In this document: positions 56,486 through 64,000 of the stretch, piece after piece
How positions within the stretch are numbered: the first letter of the stretch is position 1
Layout: each line of letters begins with the position of its first letter
Virus record (IMG/VR): IMGVR_UViG_3300025520_000005
DNA length: 64,000 nt
Strand: one strand, 5' to 3'
From: a virus
The notes under the pieces: model-generated
What the model was told of the DNA's origin: nothing
The model's input: only the letters and a program-made list of their open reading frames with translations
Databases searched by the model: none
Translations under genes and position numbers: made by a program

Positions 56486-58150
56486 GTGGAGATTATGATG
56501 ACTGACAAAATTTTGCTGGGTGATGATGCAACGTCTTTGATCGACTCAGTACTGTCGAAAGTTGAAACGGCGGTAACTTCCACGATGGGTCCTGATGGTC
56601 AAGTGGCATTGATCGGTAGCGGTCAGTCTAGCTGGACCACCAAAGACGGTGTGACGGTTGCGCGTGCTTTGCAGTTCTCTTCCGACGAAGAAGAAATCAT
56701 CAACCGAATCATCTCCGAACCGGCTATCAAAACCGACGACGAGTGTGGTGATGGCACCACGACCACTATCAAGCTGACTGCGGTCATCTATCGTCTGCTG
56801 CGTGAAGACCCAAGCTTCAAAGGTCGGAAGCGCGTAGAGGACGTCGTAGCCAAGCTGATCGCCACGTTGAAAGACCAGGCCATCTTCCCCAAGCTGGACG
56901 ACGAGCTGCTGTACAAAGTGGCGTTGACTACGTCCAACCAGGAACGCGAACTGGCTTCTCAGGTAATGGCGATTTATCGCAGTGCCGAGAAAGGCTATCC
57001 TGACGTCGAGATCAAACCAGGCCGTGGTGCTGTTGACGAGGTCGAACGTGTTGATGGTCGCGTGATCAACATGTACTTCGCTGACCAGTGGTTTGCGGGC
57101 AACAACAACGCCAGCCAGGTAAAACTGGATAGCTACATCCCGGTGATCGTAGACGATCGTATTCTTCGCGCTAATCCTCAAGATTTCTTTGATGGTATCG
57201 TGAACATCCGGAAGCAGTTCCAGGACAATACCCGGCCATCGGGCATCTCCCAGCCACCGATTGTTCTCGTAGTTCGCAGTATCGAGAAAGACCCGATCAA
57301 CATGCTGGCTAACCTGCTGGTAAACGATGCGCGGCTGAAGGAATACAACACCAACGGTATTCCTGGCGTTATTGTTGCAATGACCAACTTGGGTGGCGGT
57401 CTGGGTGCCGCTGAGATGCAGGACATTGGTAGCATCCTGGGCGCTCCTTACGTCAACGGTCTGGAAGGTCTGCGTTCCGCGCAAGCCAGTATCAGTACCA
57501 CTCCGCTGACCATCGGTGTCGCGCGGTCATCCATTCGTGAACTGAAGCCAGAAGACGTGGCTCGTATCGATGTTCGTATCGACGCTATCGAGAAAGAGAT
57601 CGCTGGTTACAGCTACTCCGATCGGTTCACTACCCGGGCTCGTATTAACGAACGTCGCATCCGTCGTCTCCGTGGCGAGGTTGTAACCATCCTGGTGGGC
57701 GGTGAGACCAACCAAGAGATCAAAGAGCGTGTAGACCGTTATCAGGACGTTGTAAAGGCTGTTCGTAGCGCCCTGGAGAACGGTGTGTTGCCTGGTTGCG
57801 GCATGGGTCTTATTGACGCGGCTCGTGAGGTTTACGCAGCCCTGGACAACGAAATGGATCGGCATATCGTAGAGACCATCGGTCTCAGCATTTACCGCCA
57901 TTTGATGACTCCTCACCTCCCCTTCAATCAAGGTGAACTGAACATCCTTCAGGTCCTTCCTATCATCAACATTGCTACTGGTGAGAAGATGGACGCGGAT
58001 GACATGGAGAACATGGCGGTGTGGGATACTGCGTTCGCAACGATCACTGCATTGAAGGGTGGTTTCCAAACGGCTCAGATCTTGGCCACGGCGAGTTCTG
58101 TGTTCAGTACCGTCAAGTTGCACGGTCGCACAGCCAGCGTTGGTCAATAA
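56486..58150 (+). CDS. groEL: GroEL-like phage chaperonin (EL gp146 type)
   Basis: STMGP, TTKDGVTVAR, GDGTTT, GGET..E.KER.DR..D, GVLPG motifs; SNQ..LA and RAR.NERRIR.LRG blocks like EL gp146. Confidence 0.92.
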   Translation: MEIMMTDKILLGDDATSLIDSVLSKVETAVTSTMGPDGQVALIGSGQSSWTTKDGVTVARALQFSSDEEEIINRIISEPAIKTDDECGDGTTTTIKLTAVIYRLLREDPSFKGRKRVEDVVAKLIATLKDQAIFPKLDDELLYKVALTTSNQERELASQVMAIYRSAEKGYPDVEIKPGRGAVDEVERVDGRVINMYFADQWFAGNNNASQVKLDSYIPVIVDDRILRANPQDFFDGIVNIRKQFQDNTRPSGISQPPIVLVVRSIEKDPINMLANLLVNDARLKEYNTNGIPGVIVAMTNLGGGLGAAEMQDIGSILGAPYVNGLEGLRSAQASISTTPLTIGVARSSIRELKPEDVARIDVRIDAIEKEIAGYSYSDRFTTRARINERRIRRLRGEVVTILVGGETNQEIKERVDRYQDVVKAVRSALENGVLPGCGMGLIDAAREVYAALDNEMDRHIVETIGLSIYRHLMTPHLPFNQGELNILQVLPIINIATGEKMDADDMENMAVWDTAFATITALKGGFQTAQILATASSVFSTVKLHGRTASVGQ

Positions 58151-58157
58151 AGGTAAA

Positions 58158-58195
58158 GGGAGAGGGGTAACACCCTCTCCTACCCTTTTATTTTT
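58158..58195 (+). terminator. Intrinsic terminator, GTAACA loop
   Basis: GGAGAGGG-GTAACA-CCCTCTCC then T tract. Confidence 0.8.
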
Positions 58196-58238
58196 GCTTC
58201 CTGCTGGGTTAATCTTATACTGACTAGGAGGCCTGATC

Positions 58239-58859
58239 ATGGCTGGGATTATTCCACTTGCAACACTGTTCCTGAACAAGTTTGTAGAAGTAAACCTGGA
58301 ACGTTATAAAGACGACCCAGAGATGCTGCCTTTATTCCAGAACTTGGAACTGGGTGACATCATTATTTCTGATCTGGTTCCTGGAGTTGCCGAAGCTCAA
58401 GTAGCGACGGTCTCTTCTGATAACCGCAATTTCCGAGGTATCCTGCAACGCTGGTTACCTGCTTTCCTGGATAAGCCTGAACCCTACGCGCTGAAGAACC
58501 CCGCTAACCCACTTGCCAGCATCAATGATTTGCTCGAGCAAGAAATACCGGGTGTTTACGGTTACATGAGCGAGGGTGAGGTATTCCCGGGAATGGTACT
58601 GCCGAGCTCAACCTTGGCAGGTACTCTGGAGGTTAATGCTAAGGCGACCTTCCAAAGTAATTTCGGATACGCCATTGATGACAGTGAACTGACCATCGGT
58701 GCTAACTCATTGTCTGTGACGATGAACGCTTACACTCGTGGGTCTATTCCCTTTGTGGTTGCTAAAGGTGGGGTTATGGTTATCCCTCCTACCGACTACA
58801 AGCGTCTGGCTCATCCGGAAGACAAGTTCCCCTACACCGTCGATCCCGATTCCGTTTGA
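58239..58859 (+). CDS. Isolated probable virion structural protein
   Basis: NFGYAIDDSEL...YTRGSI resembles 8330..8731 domain; IPPTDYKRLAHP matches the baseplate repeat. Confidence 0.5.
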   Translation: MAGIIPLATLFLNKFVEVNLERYKDDPEMLPLFQNLELGDIIISDLVPGVAEAQVATVSSDNRNFRGILQRWLPAFLDKPEPYALKNPANPLASINDLLEQEIPGVYGYMSEGEVFPGMVLPSSTLAGTLEVNAKATFQSNFGYAIDDSELTIGANSLSVTMNAYTRGSIPFVVAKGGVMVIPPTDYKRLAHPEDKFPYTVDPDSV

Positions 58860-58871
58860 TTTCTATTAACA

Positions 58872-58904
58872 CTACTATCCAAGGCGTAATGCCTTGGATA
58901 GTAG
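58872..58904. terminator. 14-bp-stem hairpin
   Basis: CTACTATCCAAGGC-GTAAT-GCCTTGGATAGTAG. Confidence 0.75.
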
Positions 58905-58944
58905 GTTATTTGTGCAAGTGCGTTAATGTTAGCGTTTCTTCAAA

Positions 58945-58954
58945 CCTATATTAC
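58945..58954 (+). promoter_or_regulatory. Putative early promoter motif
   Basis: AAA-CCTATATTAC-CTAGGTGAAT. Confidence 0.7.
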
Positions 58955-59038
58955 CTAGGTGAATACGCTTTGGTATTTAATAACTAACCAGAGTATCTTT
59001 TGCAATTAAGTTTGGTTCTTACCAAAGGGTAGACTATC

Positions 59039-59608
59039 ATGCAAGCCATTTTACCAGATTTTCAGGAGAGCCGAATCAAGAAGGACCGATTTGATAACAT
59101 CCACGAGGACATTACTCCTGGTCAAGTTGTCAAAACCTTCAAAGCCTTTGGCGAAGATTTCGTTGCTAAGTTCAAGCAGGCGGATTTGCCTAACGCTTTG
59201 CTTGTTGAGTTCGCTCACGCTATCGAACACCTCGACAACATCATGGAGATGGACAACTTCCCAACGGATCGGTTGATCACTACTCCTGACGTTATTAACT
59301 TCGGGGAACAAGCTATCTCTGCACTGACAGCCAATCGTGAGATCGGTCGGGGTGTAGCGGTCAGTGAGAATGTCCTGAACAACATTCAGGAGTTCTTCGA
59401 CATGAAGTACGTTAAGACGATCCACATGGTTCTGGAGAAATTCAAGATCAAGGGGATCAGCTTTGTAATGGATGGCATCCCTGCATTTGTCGGGTTGACC
59501 TACCAAACGAATCACGCTCGCTTCGGTGTTCTGTCGTATCGAGTGTTTGATGAAAAAGACGGTAACCCAGGACTGCATATCCCTTTCCTGATTAACCGTT
59601 TGCTGTAA
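59039..59608 (+). CDS. Hypothetical protein
   Basis: 189 aa after promoter motif. Confidence 0.7.
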   Translation: MQAILPDFQESRIKKDRFDNIHEDITPGQVVKTFKAFGEDFVAKFKQADLPNALLVEFAHAIEHLDNIMEMDNFPTDRLITTPDVINFGEQAISALTANREIGRGVAVSENVLNNIQEFFDMKYVKTIHMVLEKFKIKGISFVMDGIPAFVGLTYQTNHARFGVLSYRVFDEKDGNPGLHIPFLINRLL

Positions 59609-59649
59609 CGCTGTAATCTCGCTTTATTAACTGCAAAAGGATTGTTCAG

Positions 59650-60396
59650 ATGACTGTACCGGAAAACATCGAAAAACAAGAGCCCAGCCCACAGCAGGTT
59701 AACGTCCCTGCTCGCTTGAAGTTGAGTGATGAGGAGATCCTCAAGAAGTACTCGTTCCCTCACTCTCCGCCACCTATCGGTTCGGAGGAAGAAGCCCTGC
59801 TGAATGGCGCGTTGGCTAACCAGCGTCTGCGGCAAGCAGCTAACAGCCGTAAAGCCACTGACAGGGACCTGGAAGCAGTCCTGAAATCTGGTGGTAGCCT
59901 CGATGCAGGTGAGCGCGCAAGACTTGCCCTGGAGATCCACGGACAGCTTAAGAAGAACAAACGGCGTAGTCGACTGATCTTTTGGTCCGGCTGGGTGTTC
60001 TTTCTTTCGTTGATCGGCGGGTTGTCCTTCCTGGCTTACGTTTACGCGATGAACAACATTCGCAGTGAGCGTTACACCATCCCGTATACCTGCAAGTTTG
60101 TGTACGGAAATGGCGAGCTGGAAGGTCGCCGTAGTTTGAGCCTTCCGGTCAAGTCTCTCAGTGGTTGGCGTTGGACTCCACCATGGTCGATGGTGGATGA
60201 GCGAGTAGAAATTGTTCTGCCAGGTGACCCTATCATCTTTGTTGGGGTGGATAACAAAGGCAAGACGTGGCGTAAAGAGTACAACAAAGGGGAGTTTGGT
60301 ACAGCGATTCTTCCTAACTCGCAAACGTACTGGATAGTGGGCAAGAGCGCTAAAGAAACCACAGTCATCCAACATGCTGATTTTTGTAATAAGTAG
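59650..60396 (+). CDS. Single-pass membrane protein
   Basis: Basic KKNKRRSR then TM LIFWSGWVFFLSLIGGLSFLAYVYAM; beta-rich C-terminal domain with two Cys. Confidence 0.7.
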   Translation: MTVPENIEKQEPSPQQVNVPARLKLSDEEILKKYSFPHSPPPIGSEEEALLNGALANQRLRQAANSRKATDRDLEAVLKSGGSLDAGERARLALEIHGQLKKNKRRSRLIFWSGWVFFLSLIGGLSFLAYVYAMNNIRSERYTIPYTCKFVYGNGELEGRRSLSLPVKSLSGWRWTPPWSMVDERVEIVLPGDPIIFVGVDNKGKTWRKEYNKGEFGTAILPNSQTYWIVGKSAKETTVIQHADFCNK

Positions 60397-60399
60397 TTC

Positions 60400-61041
60400 T
60401 TGGGGTATTGGGGAAGCACTATGTTGAAATTAGCGTACGCTGCATCGACTCAGGATTTAACGCCTTACAGTACTGGCAGTATTCGAATCGACAAAATAAC
60501 AGGGATGCCTCCTGCCGCTTACAAACGGACCATGGCAACACGTTCACCTGATCATGTGACAGGTCCTCGGTGGATTACTCTCCGCCCTGGTCTGTCCTCT
60601 GGGATCCTTTTCTACGGGGTTATCCGTGGGGAGACGGGGATCCTGGTTTGTATTTCCAGTCGTCAGCAAAGTCGCTACTACTGGTTAGGTAACGTGAAAC
60701 GTGAAACAGTGATCATCGATGCACCCAGTCAGACTATCGACGAGGTTATTGAAAACCTCTTCCGTGGTCTATTGACTAACGACAGTCCGTCTTTTGTAGC
60801 TTTTTATCGCAACATTGCGCATTTGGTATCGAGTCACTTTGTAACTGAAAACGTCCATAAATCCTTTACGGTCGAGGGGTCCTTTAAGCAAGTAGGACCG
60901 TCATTCATTGCTGAAATTGAATGGCGACCCAGAGCTCCAGCGGAACTTATTGTTTCGAGTACGTTGGATCAAAAGCACTTCCGTAAAGTTTCACTTCTGT
61001 CTCATCCTATTGCCGAGGTGCATAAACAATGTCATCGGTAA
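60400..61041 (+). CDS. Hypothetical protein
   Basis: Start probably ATG at 60421; possible distant paralogue of the next two genes. Confidence 0.6.
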   Translation: MGYWGSTMLKLAYAASTQDLTPYSTGSIRIDKITGMPPAAYKRTMATRSPDHVTGPRWITLRPGLSSGILFYGVIRGETGILVCISSRQQSRYYWLGNVKRETVIIDAPSQTIDEVIENLFRGLLTNDSPSFVAFYRNIAHLVSSHFVTENVHKSFTVEGSFKQVGPSFIAEIEWRPRAPAELIVSSTLDQKHFRKVSLLSHPIAEVHKQCHR

Positions 61042-61050
61042 GGAGTTATT

Positions 61051-61794
61051 ATGTCTATTGTTCGGTCCACGCTTCCAGCGATCCAATCTGTAACAGTTCG
61101 TAAACGCGAACCGGTTCCTGTGCCAACGGTCGAACCTCAAGTAGAGTTTGAAGTAGAACTCGACCTGAGTGCTCTGACCCTGGGTAAAGACTTCCATGCC
61201 GAGCTCAGTACTCAACTGGGTTTGATGGGTTCTTTTGTCGGGAGCGATGTACGTCGTTGCTTGGCTATTGATGTCACCAACGGTAAACCGGCTCTGCGTG
61301 CTAACAAGACCAACCTGATGATGCCGTTTGAAGACCCCATCATCTTGTACACGGTCTTGAAAGCTGTTGATCGTAATCTCCGTATTACGGTTATCGGAAC
61401 CACCAACCAGACCTATTACGCGGTCTGTAAGGAGAACTCGGGGTATTACTTCATTATCTGCCAAAGCTCGGTAGATTTGAAAGAGTCCGTGGTCAACCTG
61501 TATTCCAACAGTTTGAACAAAGGCTCGTCGGTATTCAACCGTACTGTCGATCCAATCCCTGGGTTGTTCACAGGGCTGTTCCGTTGCATTAAAGAAGAGT
61601 TGTTGATCCAGCAGTTTACCGTGAAGAGCTTCAGTGATACTCCGGTGAGCGTGCGGGTGTATATCGACAGTAAGAACCCGAAGAAGAACATGATCAGCGT
61701 GAGCGGATGGGTTCATGACTTGGATTTGGATGTTTATCCGTCCGAGCAGATTCAAAGGGGTTATTTTAGCCGACCCCAAATAAAGGCTGAGTGA
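61051..61794 (+). CDS. Hypothetical protein, paralogue of 61791..62825
   Basis: Shared blocks described under findings. Confidence 0.7.
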   Translation: MSIVRSTLPAIQSVTVRKREPVPVPTVEPQVEFEVELDLSALTLGKDFHAELSTQLGLMGSFVGSDVRRCLAIDVTNGKPALRANKTNLMMPFEDPIILYTVLKAVDRNLRITVIGTTNQTYYAVCKENSGYYFIICQSSVDLKESVVNLYSNSLNKGSSVFNRTVDPIPGLFTGLFRCIKEELLIQQFTVKSFSDTPVSVRVYIDSKNPKKNMISVSGWVHDLDLDVYPSEQIQRGYFSRPQIKAE

Positions 61795-62825
61795 ACCGTA
61801 AGAACAACTACACCTTAATTAGAAAGGAACTCCAGATGAACAACGTTAACGTTGCTGTAGGTAAGAAAGCTGATGCGGTTGCCAAGATCGTTGAGACTGC
61901 CAGTGCGCCGGCCCTCAATGTCGTTAAGAAAGATCAACTGTTTCAACTGGTTAGCGAGCTGACACGCGCTGACCTTATCGCCGCGGGTGCAACTGAAGAA
62001 GAGCTGAACCTCAAGCACGACCGCATCATCGCAATCGACGCTGACAACGCTAAACTGGTGTTCGGCAAGGTTATCAAAGGCAAGATCCGTGACGTTCTGG
62101 TTGAAGGTCAAATCCTGGGTACTGCGGCACTGGTAAGCGCGGAACTGGATTACAAGATCGTGATCGTGTTCACCAGCACCCGTACCTACTTCACGTTACT
62201 GCCAGGCGGCAAGGTGTTCGGGTTCTACATCCCGAACGTGTCCAAGAACGCCCAGGAAGCGGTACTGAACCTGATCTCCAACAACCTGGCCCGTGGCAAG
62301 GACACCTTCGAGAAGACCTGCAACCGTCTGTACCCGAAGGCTCTGTTCCTCTGGGAGCTGTTGACCGCGGTCACTCCAGAAGACGCCGTACTGGAAATGT
62401 CGGTGACCAGCGCTGCTCGTGGTGATGCGGTCAAGGTTCCGGCGAAGTTGTTCTTCTACCGTGACCAGCGCTCGAAAACCATTCTGAGCATCGGCGGCTA
62501 CTGCTACGACCTCAACTTCAAGGAATACCCGGGTAACTTCCAGGATGCTTTCCGTCGGGTGAAAACCAACGAAGGTAAGGTCAAACAGAAGTTGAACGTA
62601 CTTACCTTCGAGAAGTCGGCTCAGTTCAAGCCCAAGCAGAAGTCCCGTGTTGACCGCGCTACAATGGTCATGGCTTCCGGCGTTGTTCTGACTGGCGGCT
62701 TGACCCCTGGCAGTCTTCCTTTCAACCCTGACGCGCCTGTACAGGAAGTGAAGGAAAAGCCAGCCAAGGAAAAGAAGGTGGTCGAGAAGAAAGCCCCCGC
62801 CAAAGAAGGCAAGAAAAAGAAGTAA
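61791..62825 (+). CDS. Hypothetical protein with Lys-rich tail
   Basis: Start probably ATG at 61836; histone-like KKVVEKKAPAKEGKKKK end. Confidence 0.7.
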   Translation: MNRKNNYTLIRKELQMNNVNVAVGKKADAVAKIVETASAPALNVVKKDQLFQLVSELTRADLIAAGATEEELNLKHDRIIAIDADNAKLVFGKVIKGKIRDVLVEGQILGTAALVSAELDYKIVIVFTSTRTYFTLLPGGKVFGFYIPNVSKNAQEAVLNLISNNLARGKDTFEKTCNRLYPKALFLWELLTAVTPEDAVLEMSVTSAARGDAVKVPAKLFFYRDQRSKTILSIGGYCYDLNFKEYPGNFQDAFRRVKTNEGKVKQKLNVLTFEKSAQFKPKQKSRVDRATMVMASGVVLTGGLTPGSLPFNPDAPVQEVKEKPAKEKKVVEKKAPAKEGKKKK

Positions 62826-62836
62826 CTGGGTAATGG

Positions 62837-62880
62837 CCTAAGCGGGTAACTCCGCTTAGGTTTACTTTTCTTTATTTTTG
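62837..62880 (+). terminator. Intrinsic terminator, GTAACT loop
   Basis: CCTAAGCGG-GTAACT-CCGCTTAGG then T tract. Confidence 0.8.
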
Positions 62881-62890
62881 GAACTCGATC

Positions 62891-63433
62891 ATGAACGAAG
62901 TAATCAAAGAACTCCCTCCACTGGAAGGTGACCTGATCGCCATTCTGGGCCGCCCTAACTTTCAATGCGCTAACCTGGCCAATGCCTTGCGTCTGAAAGG
63001 GCAGGACATTCCGTTCAAGTCGGAAGAAGAACAAGCTGCGGTTATCCACTTCACCCTGAACCAGTACCTGAAAGACAGCGTAAACTGGGCTCAGCTGTGC
63101 CGTCAGGAACTGGCCACCGGCTTTGCTCAATGTAACGACCGTATGGCGTTCGGCAGTGTCAGTCATATCGGTAAGGCGTGCAGTCTTATTTCCGTGACTG
63201 TCATGAAGCGTGAAGGGCAGGATAACTTCCCGGAAAACTTCAGTATCAAAGGTATCTTCAAGAAGCCGTATGTGCTTGAAGACGGTATCTTCTTTACTGA
63301 CGACGCGCATGCTGCCAAAGCCATCATCCAGAATCTGAAAGCAGGCGAGGTACTTGACGTTGAACTCCTGCCAGAAGGTTGGATGACCTACGATCAGTTC
63401 TTCGCCAAGCTGGACGAGCAACACAAGGCTTAA
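62891..63433 (+). CDS. Phage accessory protein with ILGRPNF.C domain
   Basis: ILGRPNFQC..LA..LR..G..I..K.EEEQAAVIH recalled from prophage accessory proteins; distinct C-terminal half. Confidence 0.6.
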   Translation: MNEVIKELPPLEGDLIAILGRPNFQCANLANALRLKGQDIPFKSEEEQAAVIHFTLNQYLKDSVNWAQLCRQELATGFAQCNDRMAFGSVSHIGKACSLISVTVMKREGQDNFPENFSIKGIFKKPYVLEDGIFFTDDAHAAKAIIQNLKAGEVLDVELLPEGWMTYDQFFAKLDEQHKA

Positions 63434-63442
63434 CCAACTCTG

Positions 63443-63478
63443 AATAAGGTAGGGGGTAACACCTCTACCTTATTTTTT
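63443..63478 (+). terminator. Intrinsic terminator, GTAACA loop
   Basis: AATAAGGTAGGGG-GTAACA-CCTCTACCTTATT-TTTT. Confidence 0.8.
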
Positions 63479-63497
63479 GTTCCTATTTGTTTTAAAA

Positions 63498-63507
63498 CCT
63501 ATATTAC
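63498..63507 (+). promoter_or_regulatory. Putative early promoter motif
   Basis: AAAA-CCTATATTAC. Confidence 0.7.
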
Positions 63508-63555
63508 TCAAACGTATAGCCATCCGGTTATCGCAATCCACCTAAGGAATACTTC

Positions 63556-64000
63556 ATGAAACTTCGCAACTGGCTCCCTACCAAATACCTGACCGAAGAA
63601 AATCCCGTAATCGGTCTGAGCTTTGAAGTCGGCTATGCCCGTCTTGCAGTAATGGTTGGTCAAACGGTCATTCACACCATGTCTAACATGATCCGAGCAG
63701 ACTACGACAGTCAGATCTTCAACTGTGTTCCAGCATGGATGTATCAAAAACGTGCGCCTTACTCAGACATTATCAATAAGCATCATCCGATGAGTGGTGG
63801 GTTGCGCCGCCAAGACACTGACAAGTTTGAAGTTCATTCAGCACTCACTCCTCGTCATCGGAGTTATCTCGGTCCAGTGGGTGATGCTTATTTGTACACA
63901 GGTACCCTCCAGCATACTGGTAAGCGCCTTTATATTGAACATGAATTTATCACGTCAGAGCTGCTTAACTTGCGTCGTAAGCGTAAACTAACTGACTCAC
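63556..64000 (+). CDS. ORF truncated by the window end (absent from track)
   Basis: AAGGA RBS, ATG at 63556, open to 64000: MKLRNWLPTKYLTEENPVIG... Confidence 0.7.
   Translation, partial: MKLRNWLPTKYLTEENPVIGLSFEVGYARLAVMVGQTVIHTMSNMIRADYDSQIFNCVPAWMYQKRAPYSDIINKHHPMSGGLRRQDTDKFEVHSALTPRHRSYLGPVGDAYLYTGTLQHTGKRLYIEHEFITSELLNLRRKRKLTDS

Noticed and set aside
56546-57484. 312-aa minus-strand ORF
   Set aside because: Antisense to the unambiguous chaperonin
63508-63991. Two short ORFs in the track near the window end
   Set aside because: A better-supported plus-strand ORF from 63556 runs off the window and was missed for lack of a stop codon
1-64000. CRISPR arrays, tRNA/rRNA, transposases, inteins or introns, chimallin/PhuZ/RNAP subunits
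   Set aside because: No repeat-spacer array, cloverleaf or catalytic motifs seen by eye; ligase, RNase H and SbcC have normal lengths; tRNAscan and HMM searches would be needed to exclude them fully

Overview
64 kb segment of a lytic jumbo myovirus of the phiKZ/EL lineage. Gene order and an EL-type chaperonin support this; a Pseudomonas-like host is inferred, not shown. Left part (about 3-25.5 kb) is a virion and lysis module: portal-like gene, baseplate proteins, RuvC-like resolvase, holin candidate, overlapping spanins, tandem tail-fibre-like paralogues and an HxH-tipped spike. Middle (25.5-37 kb): SbcC/Rad50 ATPase, a tandem nucleotidyltransferase-fold pair, NAD-dependent DNA ligase, RNase HI and an Acb1-like 2H phosphoesterase. 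Right part (37-64 kb): dense small accessory genes behind a repeated (C/T)CTA(C/T)ATTA(C/T) promoter motif, with a GNAT, two secreted proteins and a GroEL-like chaperonin. Most striking observation: a short P-x-L-x(n)-G-x-x-N-P-x-W-x-x-W module recurs in at least 9 otherwise dissimilar small proteins (12 copies). Also notable is a family of long hairpins sharing a 14-nt flank, TAATAGACCCTACC. No rRNA, tRNA, CRISPR array or transposase was recognised. All product calls come from motif reading and recall, not database searches.
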